Assembly: GCA_964649715.1 (NCBI GenBank)
Contig: CAZYTH010000003.1
Span: 4,713 to 68,712, forward strand
Reading direction: 5' to 3'
DNA from: an uncultured Candidatus Saccharibacteria bacterium
Lineage (GTDB): Bacteria > Patescibacteriota > Minisyncoccia > Phycocordibacterales > UBA12445
Length of the DNA: 64,000 nt
Within the stretch, counting starts at the first letter, position 1, and the number at the start of each line of letters is the position of its first letter. A model generated the notes under the pieces. It was not told the origin of the DNA. It did no database searches and worked only from the letters and a program-made list of their open reading frames with translations. Shown one piece after another: positions 28,438 to 37,384 of the stretch. The translations under genes were made by a program, and so were the position numbers.

Positions 28438-29090
28438 AGGTTGGTTCTCCATCTAAAAGATGGAGTTGAGACAAATAAAGGCTTTGACTTTGCCCAGCTA
28501 CCGAGGAAGAACAACTTTCTTGAAAAACGGTAAAAACCACCAAGGTGGAAAGGTGAAATAATAAAGTTTTTATATTTTGTTCTTTTATAAATAGGTTGGT
28601 TATTATCTAATCGCAAGAATACCAACCTCATGCACAGCTGAAGAGACGATTAGTTAGACGTGTTTTGTCGAACCTAGGAGGCCGTCAATACGTCTATAAA
28701 CAAAAGATCCATATTGGTATCGCAGATAACAGGTGCTCCGTCTGCGGGAGATACGAAAGCCAGTATGGAGATAAACCATCCACTTGGGATTGGTTAAGAC
28801 AACCGAGCATTGGGTTAACACCCAGACGTTAACAAACTGTGGTATCGTAAAATATTTACCACTGGAAACACCCGGATTTTTTTGAGTCACATTCTTTTCA
28901 ATCATATTAACCTGTAAAAGAAAGCGGATAAAAACAATTCTTCAGCCAAAAAGAACCGTGGGGGGCCCAGGCCAAACACCAGTTTTTATATCAGGACCAG
29001 TATGGTTTCAATAAACCAATTTGGTCCAAAATATAATATTCTGTTGTTTGGTTAAAAAAAGGAGGCCGGCCCGAAGGGGACGGCCTCCTT
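28438..29090 (+). ncRNA. candidate large structured ncRNA (~650 nt) with pseudoknot
   Basis: More than 10 consecutive helices and a 7-bp pseudoknot (CTAATCG 28607-13 / CGATTAG 28647-53). G.U pairs favour the + strand. No credible ORF. Confidence 0.65.
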
Positions 29091-29212
29091 GTAACTAGTT
29101 AATATTTTAAACAAAGTATTAACGTATTTTGCGAAATATTTTGTTCTTTGTGTTTAAAGTTTTTTTCAATAACATTTGATAAGAATGGTATCTGGTATCC
29201 TTTTGTTTTTTG

Positions 29213-29234
29213 GACCTTAATGGGTCCTTTTTTT
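29213..29234 (+). terminator. intrinsic terminator
   Basis: GGACC-TTAATG-GGTCC followed by T7. Confidence 0.6.
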
Positions 29235-29501
29235 GCTATTGACCCCGGCATCAGGCTGGTAGCAAGAAGATAACAAAAGTTTTTTGGGTCGCTGACAAGT
29301 TTTTTTATTTTTGTGTGTGAATATAATCAAAATATTGAAAGTCCTTTGAAATGCTGGCGAGATGGTCTGGGTGCAGAATTTTGTCCTCTATGGGGTCAAC
29401 TTATCCTCCCTCCCCCCTTTTTAGTGTTTTTAAAAAGAACATTAAAACGGGGCGAGAGGTTCGATAAGCCCTTAGATTATAAGAATTAAGTACACACTGC
29501 G

Positions 29502-29666
29502 ATGGCTAAAATAAAAGTCAAAACAGGTGGTGTCGCTCCCAATTCGGGGCAATATCAAGTTTCGGGAACGAAACACGAGATTACCCTGTCTAAAGGTGAG
29601 CGTGTTCCTCCTTATGGAGGAAAGGCAAAAGCTTTTGTTCTTGTCGATAAGACAAAACATAAGTAA
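29502..29666 (+). CDS. YjzC-like small protein (54 aa)
   Basis: MAKIKVKTGGVAPNSGQYQVSGTKHEITLSKGERVPPYGGKAKAFVLVDKTKHK; too short for the ORF track. Confidence 0.75.
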   Translation: MAKIKVKTGGVAPNSGQYQVSGTKHEITLSKGERVPPYGGKAKAFVLVDKTKHK

Positions 29667-29724
29667 GTAGCCGATCACTGAACTTTTCTCGTCAGCATTT
29701 TAGGGGATTTTTTATTTTTTAAAC

Positions 29725-30519
29725 ATGTACGACCAAAATGCTGTAAAAATATATACAGATGGTTCTGCCAAGCCTAATCCAGGCAAGGGTGGTGTTGGTA
29801 TGGTTGTGGAGTTCCCAGACAATTTTAGCCTTGAAAATTTAGAATTAAATGAGGGTTATTTCATAAGCAATAATAATCGTATGGAATTGAGAGCGTGTAT
29901 ACATGCGCTTGAGTGGCTTTAGGGATATATATTCACCAGGGCCATTATCATAACCAATTCCGAATATGTCTGTTCAAATCACAAAAACGCTCCCTTTTGG
30001 AAAAAGAACCACTGGACCACCTCTGAGGGGAGGCCCTATGAAAATGTTGACCTTTGGGACACGTTCCTAAAAAACCGACAGAAAATAAGGTTTCCTGTCG
30101 AGTTGGTTTGGGAAAAGGGCAAAAAAAGGCCAATACTTATTCGCGTAGATGAACTTGCAAAAACGGGGGCCGATAGCCCGACAAAAATAGACCATGGTTT
30201 TCAACCTGGTAAATTTACCTCATCCAGAACACTGGGCGGAAAAACCGCCACGTTATATTCTTCGATGGGTGAGGAAATATTAATTCGTGTATATAAAAAA
30301 CGTATCTATGGCAAAAATGAAAACGCGATATATAAAATAACCTTCGATATTTATGATGAAATTAAGGGTATTTATACGGAAAAACGCTATGCTTATCTTA
30401 AGAATAATACCGTAGACCTAAAAAGAAATAATTGCTATCGCGTGGTATTTAATGACGATCCTAAGTTTCCGATGATTATTAAGGCGACAGAAATCGAGTA
30501 TCTGAAAAATAAAAACTGA
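29725..30519 (+). pseudogene. RNase HI-domain protein with C-terminal extension, interrupted by one in-frame TAG
   Basis: IYTDGS..PNPG.GG and NNRMEL, TAG at 29920-22, then the same frame continues ITNSEYV..W..ENVDLW..WEKGK..VDELAK. Confidence 0.85.
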
Positions 30520-30528
30520 GCCAGCACG

Positions 30529-31194
30529 CTACTTCTCAAAATTTATTCGCTTATAAATGGCCCTAGTGGTTTCCACATCTCTTTTGCAGTAGTCGCAAAT
30601 CTCTTTTACCTTGCCCGCTTTGTAGAAGTCATAGACTTGTGAACCATCTATTCCATCCTTTGGTGTAGGAATACCAAGCGCCAAGGCAACGTGCTCCAAT
30701 CCGGCCCCTTTTGTCTCTGTCCATTTGGACCATTCGTGCATAGTGTCGTATATAGGATCATGCCTATATCGAGCAAAATTAAGGTCTCTTGATGGTTTTA
30801 TACCGAGAACAATGGATCTCTGATACAGGAATTTAAAGTCGAAACCGAAGATATTGTGACCAATAAATAAATCTGCGTCTTTCACAAGATCCCAGAATTT
30901 TTGGAGTGTTTCCTTCTCGTTCTCTGGGTTACAGATAACTTCCGTCTCATCGTCATTTATTGCGTAAGCGATACAAAGAACACGGCCAAAGCCTCCATCG
31001 AAAGAGGTTCCTCTTACATAGTCATCAAATTTTGCCTCCTCCTTTTCTGGTAAATATTCCTCTACGACGACCTCCTCGGACATTTCTTTTCTTTTATTCT
31101 TCTTTTCTAATTTCTTTTGGAAGAGAAATCGGAGCGCCTCGTGCTTGCTCTCATCTGCCGGCAGTGTTTCTATATCAAAATATATTTTTTTCAT
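30529..31194 (-). CDS. DEDDy 3'-5' exonuclease (PolB-exo/RNase H-like fold)
   Basis: Exo I-III motifs FDIET, GHNIFGFDFKFL and YCKRDV. Confidence 0.88.
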   Translation of the reverse strand: MKKIYFDIETLPADESKHEALRFLFQKKLEKKNKRKEMSEEVVVEEYLPEKEEAKFDDYVRGTSFDGGFGRVLCIAYAINDDETEVICNPENEKETLQKFWDLVKDADLFIGHNIFGFDFKFLYQRSIVLGIKPSRDLNFARYRHDPIYDTMHEWSKWTETKGAGLEHVALALGIPTPKDGIDGSQVYDFYKAGKVKEICDYCKRDVETTRAIYKRINFEK

Positions 31195-31335
31195 TTGTTA
31201 TTTTATTAAATTCCATTTATCAAGGAAATATCCCATTTCGTGATTTCTATTGCCAAGATATATTTTTTCATTTTAATTTTAATGCTAATAAATTACTTTT
31301 TTTATTATACGCCCATTGCGTAAATAATAAAAATA

Positions 31336-31361
31336 AAACAGGCCCGAGATGAGCCTGTTTT
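31336..31361. terminator. hairpin terminator, identical to 33341-33366
   Basis: AAACAGGCCCGAGATGAGCCTGTTTT. Confidence 0.75.
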
Positions 31362-31381
31362 TTAGAAACTTGGTTTAAGAA

Positions 31382-31642
31382 TTAAAGAAACACTTCAATT
31401 GCACCCTCCCCTCCGTCCTGAATCTTGGATGGTCTGTATTTTATTCCATTCTTATTTAAAAAACTCTCCACAAAAGGTTTTAAGATTGGGCCATTTTCTC
31501 TGTAACTTGCCTTACCTGTAATAATTCTTATGTGTCTTGGTCTTTTATCCGCCAATAATTCATGAAGAACAATTTCTGCATCCCTTCTGGTGTGGCCATG
31601 AAAATCTATTTCCTCACTGGGGATTTGTTCGTATTTGTTCAT
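31382..31642 (-). CDS. standalone Smr/MutS2 domain protein
   Basis: IDFHG, IRIITGK and GGEGAIEV motifs. Confidence 0.88.
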   Translation of the reverse strand: MNKYEQIPSEEIDFHGHTRRDAEIVLHELLADKRPRHIRIITGKASYRENGPILKPFVESFLNKNGIKYRPSKIQDGGEGAIEVFL

Positions 31643-31646
31643 GAAT

Positions 31647-32393
31647 TTATTTATTCACAGAAAACACTTCTCCATATTCAGTATTCAATTTTTCTGCAAA
31701 TTCGTATATTCGATTATATGACATGCCAAAAGAAACCGACTGAGGAATAACACAAAAAGAAGTTTTATCTGTCTTTGTAAAATACATTTGTCTTGTTATC
31801 CCATTGGGCGTTTTTCCAATTATTTCTGCCCAAGTTCCATCGTTTAAATATCTTAAGGAATAAAAAATAACCAAAACAGGAGCGTGCTTCTCTATTAAAT
31901 GTTTTAATTCTTGAATTCGCTTGGGTTTATAAGTAGTGAGATACTCCTTTCTGGAACTCAGCCCTTGCAATCCATATTCTCTATATAACCATGTTGACTC
32001 ATCGGCTTTTTTCGACGGTAATGGCATAAGCTCGATAGCGGCGCTTTCTTTTATTGCACTATCACCAAAGATTAGTCCTTGGTGTTCACGAATTTCCTGT
32101 TGAGATGGTATTCGGCGATTCTTTAAATATAGATAGAGAGCAATTGGATATCTCCATGTTGGTTGTACGGGAAAGGGTTCTTGAAACCACCTCATAAATT
32201 TCGGCAAATGAGATAAATCCTGACGTAAATCTACCATTGATTTTCCATCACAAGCAAGCATGAGATCTTCAAGTTCTGTTTCTGTAACGTCACCAAGACC
32301 CTCTTCCATTCCAATAAACCACACCTTTGCATCAAGGCTTCCATACCCCCAAAAGTTTTTTATTCTATTTTGTAAAATGTCTGGTGTGATCAT
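31647..32393 (-). CDS. hypothetical protein (WFIGMEEG motif; possible glycosylase-like alpha/beta fold)
   Basis: 248-aa ORF with FWGYG..DAKVWFIGMEEG and ELMPLP; fold is a guess. Confidence 0.75.
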   Translation of the reverse strand: MITPDILQNRIKNFWGYGSLDAKVWFIGMEEGLGDVTETELEDLMLACDGKSMVDLRQDLSHLPKFMRWFQEPFPVQPTWRYPIALYLYLKNRRIPSQQEIREHQGLIFGDSAIKESAAIELMPLPSKKADESTWLYREYGLQGLSSRKEYLTTYKPKRIQELKHLIEKHAPVLVIFYSLRYLNDGTWAEIIGKTPNGITRQMYFTKTDKTSFCVIPQSVSFGMSYNRIYEFAEKLNTEYGEVFSVNK

Positions 32394-32482
32394 AAAATAT
32401 GTAGGTAATTAAGAATTTAATGTCGGCCATTCCAATAATGAAACTATATGAGATTCTACTTCTTTACTGTTCTGATCCAATA

Positions 32483-33301
32483 TTAATATTCGCAGACATT
32501 TATCTCTCCCATATCCACGCCCAGGATATCCGCTAAATATTCTTTAACTTCATATAGCCCTCCGATCTTGTCTATAAGGCCCGCCTCGATGGCTTTTGGA
32601 GGGATAATTGTTGATCCGTCAGCAAACTTGGCGACGTCTGAAATATCCAGTCCCCTGTTTGTGGCAATATCTTTAACCATAACTTCATGAAAATGTTCGA
32701 GGTCTTTCATTATCATTTGTCTTTCTGTATAAGTTAGAGGCCTGTCACCGTTAAACATGTCTTTATACTTACCTGATTGAAATTGATTGTAGTTGTATCC
32801 TTCTTTTTTGCTTTTCTCAACATCGTCAAAGAAAGATTGTATTATTGCAATAGAACCCAAGTCTGAAAATTCAGAAGCGAAAATTTTGTCTGCTCCAGTA
32901 GCAAGATGATAAGCGGCGGAGGTTCCTTGTTCTTTTATCAGTGCAACTGTTGGCTTTTTAACTCTTTTTAACGCTCTAGATATTTCTTGCCCAATCACTG
33001 GGCTTCCTCCTCCTGAATCTATCTCAATGATGATTGCCTCAACTTCTGGGTCTTCGTCTGCTTCTTCTATCAGGTCATAAATATCTCCAGCGACCGCTTC
33101 ATCTGTCCAGTCTTCGTTTCCCCCATTCTTATAACTTACGATCTCACCTCTTACTGGTATCTTTGCAACGTTGCAGTCACTGGAATAATCTTCCGGCTCA
33201 ATTATTACGTATAAAACAGAGACAAGAACTAAAAGGAGAAAGGACATTGCGACAGTGTCGAAGAATCTTCTCCATGTTATTTTTGAGAGGATGTTTTTCA
33301 T
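32483..33301 (-). CDS. sppA: signal peptide peptidase SppA (S49)
   Basis: IDSGGGS, GTSAAY, GSI, SGKYKD and GLIDKIG motifs. Confidence 0.9.
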   Translation of the reverse strand: MKNILSKITWRRFFDTVAMSFLLLVLVSVLYVIIEPEDYSSDCNVAKIPVRGEIVSYKNGGNEDWTDEAVAGDIYDLIEEADEDPEVEAIIIEIDSGGGSPVIGQEISRALKRVKKPTVALIKEQGTSAAYHLATGADKIFASEFSDLGSIAIIQSFFDDVEKSKKEGYNYNQFQSGKYKDMFNGDRPLTYTERQMIMKDLEHFHEVMVKDIATNRGLDISDVAKFADGSTIIPPKAIEAGLIDKIGGLYEVKEYLADILGVDMGEINVCEY

Positions 33302-33340
33302 TTGATTATCAATTTAGCTTTTAAATTAAAATGATGCAAG

Positions 33341-33366
33341 AAACAGGCCCGAGATGAGCCTGTTTT
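33341..33366. terminator. hairpin terminator, identical to 31336-31361
   Basis: AAACAGGCCCGAGATGAGCCTGTTTT. Confidence 0.75.
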
Positions 33367-33384
33367 AACAAATCTATTTTAAAA

Positions 33385-36171
33385 TTAAAATCCAAACCAA
33401 GACCAGAAACGAGACCATACACTTTTCTTCACAACCGGAGGTTCTGTGTGTGTTGTGCTTGCGGTAAGTGTGGGCGTGGTTGTGGTACTAATAATTGGCA
33501 CAGGAGAGCCCGTTATCCAAGAGGCCAGACGACTAAACCAGGATAATTTCGATTGCTCCATTCGTGGAGGTGTCCTTTGGTCAGAAAATTCTTTATCTAA
33601 ATCTTTTGATTCAATAACGATCGATTCCTTAACAATAGACTCCTTCATTGGTTGAGCTTGCTGAGTTTGTTCTTCTGTTTTTTCCTGTACCTGAATAGCT
33701 TTTGGCTGTTCTACTACTTTCCCTGTAATTTGTTCTTTAGGGCTGGTAATTAATTCTCCTTTTTTATCTGTTTTAGCAATAAATAATTTTAGGGATTTAA
33801 GCTTATTCGCATCCATATTTTCTAAGGCTGAAAATTTAGAGTTAATATTGATCGGAATACTAGATAATGCACCCAAATTATTAAACCAATTATTTATTAC
33901 ATTCATAGATAATATTAACCCCATGGTATTATCTTCTCCAACATACCCACCCGAAGGTATTCCTATAAACTTACCGTTCTTTAAATAGGCGCCACCGCCA
34001 GAACTTCCGTGCTCTAAAATAGCAGTAGTTTTAAAATAATCTCCACTGTCGTCGATTCCACTAAAATCACCACTTGTGTACGTTAACTTTTTACCGAAAG
34101 CTGCAGGGTAACCGTAAGTTAAAATCTTTTCACCTAAAGCAATACTTATATTGCCCCTTGTGATATCAATGGGTGTAAAATTTATATTTCCGGAATTTCT
34201 AATTTTTAATAAAGCGATATCTTTATCCGGTGATGTCTTAACAACGTCAGCCACAAACCATCCATAGGGTTCATCGTCAAAATTGTTTATAAATCCAACA
34301 TAACAGCCTACGGTCTCAGAAATAACATGTTTATTGGTCAGAATAATTCCGATCGCATTAATTATCGTACCAGACCCCTGCGATGCAGATTGCGCATCAA
34401 CCGGACAAATAAGTTTTACTGTGGCCTTTAAAATCTTATCCTGGTTTACAACTTCTATAGACTCATCTGGTGGAGGTTGTGGCGGTCTATTTGGGGGTGT
34501 GCAGTATCTATCTGTAATGGGTGGTGCTGTTTGAACGTTAGGACAATCATAGGTTTTAGTACAAGTTCGGCTTTGTATTCCAGAAATAGAACATTCTCCC
34601 CAATAAGAACAGGTCCATTCATCAGCTGTACAAGATGGAATATAGGAACAAGATTGGGTCGTTATTGGCGAAGCAACTCCACCTTCACAATTTGATATCT
34701 TATTACATGTTCTTGATTGTGTTCTGTTTGCAGAACAAGCAGACCAACCACCACAGGACCAATCGCTAGAAGTACAAGGTGGCATATAAGTGCAATTCTG
34801 ACTTAAAATTGGACCACCACCAACACAACCATTCGGCAATGAAGAAATTATTGTTCTTGTTTGGGTTCCGTTAGAAGAACATGTGGACCATTCAGAATAT
34901 GTCCACGAAGTACATGTGGGTGGAATATATGTACAGTTTTGAATTATCACTGGCTCATATGTTCCGGTACAGATATCTGAATTTTTATTACATACTCTGG
35001 TTTGTTTACCACTAGGATTACACGCACCCCAAACACCGCAAGTATAATCATCAGCGTCACATGCTGGGCTACAAGATTGGGTTGTTGCCGGAGAGGGGGT
35101 ATCGATTAAAGAACAATCATTTGTCTTTGTGCATGTTCTATTCTGAGATCCACTGCGAGAGCAGGTGCTCCATGATTCGCATGTCCATGTGTCAGATATA
35201 CAGGCAGGGGTACATGCTTGGGTCGTAATTGGGGGAGGAGTTGTTATTCCAGGACAATCCAAAGACATGTAGCATGATCTTGTTTGCGAACCGTCTATTG
35301 AACATGAATTCCAATCATTACATATCCATGTATCAGCAGTACAAGTAGGAACATAGGTACAAGACTGCGTTGTGGCTGGTGATGGATCGTTTGTAAGCGG
35401 ACAATCATATGTCCTCGTGCATGTTCTGGTCTGGGTGCCATTAGACTGACATCCGGCCCAGCTTCCGCAAGACCAAGTATCAGCAGTACATTCTGGTGTG
35501 CAAGATTGAGTCGTTTCCGGCGACGGTGTATCTACCGCAGGACAATCTAATGCCTTGGTACAGGCTCTAGATTGATTACCGTACAGAGAACAAGAACTCC
35601 ATGACCCACAATCCCAAATATCTTGAGCGCAATGATCCTTAAGGAAAAAGCTACCCGATAGATAAGATGATGGCTGAGCGGTATTGTAACTCACCTCCCT
35701 ATAACAAGTATCTGTGGTGCATTTTTGTGCACAACTATCAACTTCACAAATTGGGGCCCTACCAAAGACTGTAGGAATTTCAATTTTCAGATTAACCGCC
35801 TTATTGTCGTAGCAAGATGGATCGGCGTATAATGAAGAAAAATAATTTAATGGGACTTTTAATATTATCTGGGAATCACTCCAAGAAATAACATTACTGT
35901 TAGATACTTCGGGAATTGAAGCGTTGACATAACTAACCCCGCAGCTATCGTTGATATACGCATACCCACTAACGTAACCCAACCCACTACTGTTGCGCTG
36001 AAAATGCGTAAAACGCCAAGAGCTATTAAAATTACCACCATTTATAGTAATGGTATCACCAGGAGAAATAATACTTGGGGTAATAGATGTAATAAAAGGC
36101 TCCCCGACTGCTAACGACGTGCCACCAAAAACGAAGAACAACGTAACCACAAACAACAGAATTTTTTTCAT
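33385..36171 (-). CDS. secreted trypsin-like serine protease with an IPT/TIG domain and eight thrombospondin-like Cys/Trp repeats
   Basis: Signal peptide; PFITSITP..GDTITING; eight W.C..W..C...G.Q.R.C repeats; catalytic triad motifs LTNKHV, DIALL, HGSSGG. Confidence 0.88.
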   Translation of the reverse strand: MKKILLFVVTLFFVFGGTSLAVGEPFITSITPSIISPGDTITINGGNFNSSWRFTHFQRNSSGLGYVSGYAYINDSCGVSYVNASIPEVSNSNVISWSDSQIILKVPLNYFSSLYADPSCYDNKAVNLKIEIPTVFGRAPICEVDSCAQKCTTDTCYREVSYNTAQPSSYLSGSFFLKDHCAQDIWDCGSWSSCSLYGNQSRACTKALDCPAVDTPSPETTQSCTPECTADTWSCGSWAGCQSNGTQTRTCTRTYDCPLTNDPSPATTQSCTYVPTCTADTWICNDWNSCSIDGSQTRSCYMSLDCPGITTPPPITTQACTPACISDTWTCESWSTCSRSGSQNRTCTKTNDCSLIDTPSPATTQSCSPACDADDYTCGVWGACNPSGKQTRVCNKNSDICTGTYEPVIIQNCTYIPPTCTSWTYSEWSTCSSNGTQTRTIISSLPNGCVGGGPILSQNCTYMPPCTSSDWSCGGWSACSANRTQSRTCNKISNCEGGVASPITTQSCSYIPSCTADEWTCSYWGECSISGIQSRTCTKTYDCPNVQTAPPITDRYCTPPNRPPQPPPDESIEVVNQDKILKATVKLICPVDAQSASQGSGTIINAIGIILTNKHVISETVGCYVGFINNFDDEPYGWFVADVVKTSPDKDIALLKIRNSGNINFTPIDITRGNISIALGEKILTYGYPAAFGKKLTYTSGDFSGIDDSGDYFKTTAILEHGSSGGGAYLKNGKFIGIPSGGYVGEDNTMGLILSMNVINNWFNNLGALSSIPININSKFSALENMDANKLKSLKLFIAKTDKKGELITSPKEQITGKVVEQPKAIQVQEKTEEQTQQAQPMKESIVKESIVIESKDLDKEFSDQRTPPRMEQSKLSWFSRLASWITGSPVPIISTTTTPTLTASTTHTEPPVVKKSVWSRFWSWFGF

Positions 36172-36288
36172 TTTTTTTTAACTACTAACAATTTAATTAT
36201 TTTTTAATTATACTCCTATCAAAATAATAATAAAAATAAAGGTGGCCCGAAAATGGACCACCGTTTATTATCCCCCATCATCCCCTCT

Positions 36289-36504
36289 CTACACCTCAAA
36301 AGACTGTATATACTCCTCCGCCTCAGGATAAGACAGGGATTGAATGTATGAGAGACTTTGTTCCCTGTCTTCTTGCTCGTGGACATTTCTATAGATGAGT
36401 TCTGTGAGTTTTCGTAACTGTTCCCTCGTAATACCTCTTTCATTTTCTTCTCGTAGATATTTGTTGTGGTAGTAGACCCTACTATCTAGCGTATTTTTAG
36501 ACAT
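36289..36504 (-). CDS. hypothetical protein
   Basis: 71-aa ORF ending the 37683-36289 operon, hairpin downstream at 36241. Confidence 0.6.
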   Translation of the reverse strand: MSKNTLDSRVYYHNKYLREENERGITREQLRKLTELIYRNVHEQEDREQSLSYIQSLSYPEAEEYIQSFEV

Positions 36505-36528
36505 ATATATTTTTTAAGTTTGTAATAT

Positions 36529-37197
36529 CTAACGAAGTCCAATGTAAGATGAAATGGAATCACTAGCTTCAGCTTTCGTCATGTGAGGGATCTCTTCTAA
36601 AAGTTTCTGCTTTTCCTCGTCGTGATAAACATGACGCTTTATGAGAACGGCAAGAAGTTCTTTTTGTCTTTCTGTAATGGGAACTTCTTTTGGGGTATTT
36701 TCAGCCTCAGAGGAAACATTACTTGTCGGCATATCCTCAAGATCCTGAGTGAATATATCAGAAAGGCCCGTCGTGCGTATCACGGCGCTAACAAAGGCGC
36801 GTTTTTCTGCGAGCTTAATTGTTGTATTGGGATTGTTTTGATGGTCTTTTAGTTGTGATGATCCTCGGCCCTCGCCAACTATTTTATTATCTCGACCCAA
36901 CAGACACTTATAGGCAACTAAACCCTCCACACCCGGAAAACATGCCATTGTATCCGAGTCTTTCTCGAAACGAGACACGAGTCCCCAGACCGAGGCCAAC
37001 TTCTCGGCCCCTCCCTTTGCTAAACTCTTCTTACCTTTAATAACGAAATAGTCTTGGCCCTCTCGGAGTAATGGCATTACTTGCGAGATAAAGTAAGATC
37101 GTCTCAAAAGTAAATCATCCACCCCCTGTTTAAAGCTCTGGAGCGCTTCTGTATTTCCAAGGCGAACCATACCTTTATCTATTGTTTCTGTATTCAT
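36529..37197 (-). CDS. phage-type single-strand annealing protein-like (Rad52/ERF-like)
   Basis: KSLAKGGAEKL, NTTIKLAEKRAFVSAV, FTQDLED, and a C-terminal 'ITERQKELL...MTKAEASDSI' module. Confidence 0.6.
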   Translation of the reverse strand: MNTETIDKGMVRLGNTEALQSFKQGVDDLLLRRSYFISQVMPLLREGQDYFVIKGKKSLAKGGAEKLASVWGLVSRFEKDSDTMACFPGVEGLVAYKCLLGRDNKIVGEGRGSSQLKDHQNNPNTTIKLAEKRAFVSAVIRTTGLSDIFTQDLEDMPTSNVSSEAENTPKEVPITERQKELLAVLIKRHVYHDEEKQKLLEEIPHMTKAEASDSISSYIGLR

Positions 37198-37207
37198 TTG
37201 TTTTTAA

Positions 37208-37384
37208 TTATCTTCTTTTAATAACTACGGCCCCGTCTGAATAATCGATATCTATCTTCTGGCCCACACGGAAGCCAAATCGATAAAGGATGCTATTAGC
37301 TATCCTTATCATTGGCTTCTGGATGCCAGATTTTAGGCGACAATATTTTCCGGTCGCATAATTGACTGTCATATGTTTTCTCAT
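37208..37384 (-). CDS. SymE/AbrB-fold small protein
   Basis: PMIRIAN..L..FGFRVGQKIDIDYSDGAVVIKR; ATGA overlap with the upstream gene. Confidence 0.6.
   Translation of the reverse strand: MRKHMTVNYATGKYCRLKSGIQKPMIRIANSILYRFGFRVGQKIDIDYSDGAVVIKRR

Noticed and set aside
28422-28905. Minus-strand ORFs 28422-28631 and 28654-28905
   Set aside because: No SD or recognisable motifs and atypical composition. The region is better explained by plus-strand RNA structure.
29920-29922. Stop-codon reassignment (TAG or TGA read as sense) suggested by the in-frame TAG in RNase H
   Set aside because: TAG ends topA, rpmA, rpsA and the island exonuclease, and TGA ends other genes. No other gene needs readthrough.
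34480-35640. Possible CRISPR-like or DNA-level repeat array
   Set aside because: The periodicity comes from protein repeats with divergent codons. There are no identical repeats with unique spacers and no cas genes in the window.
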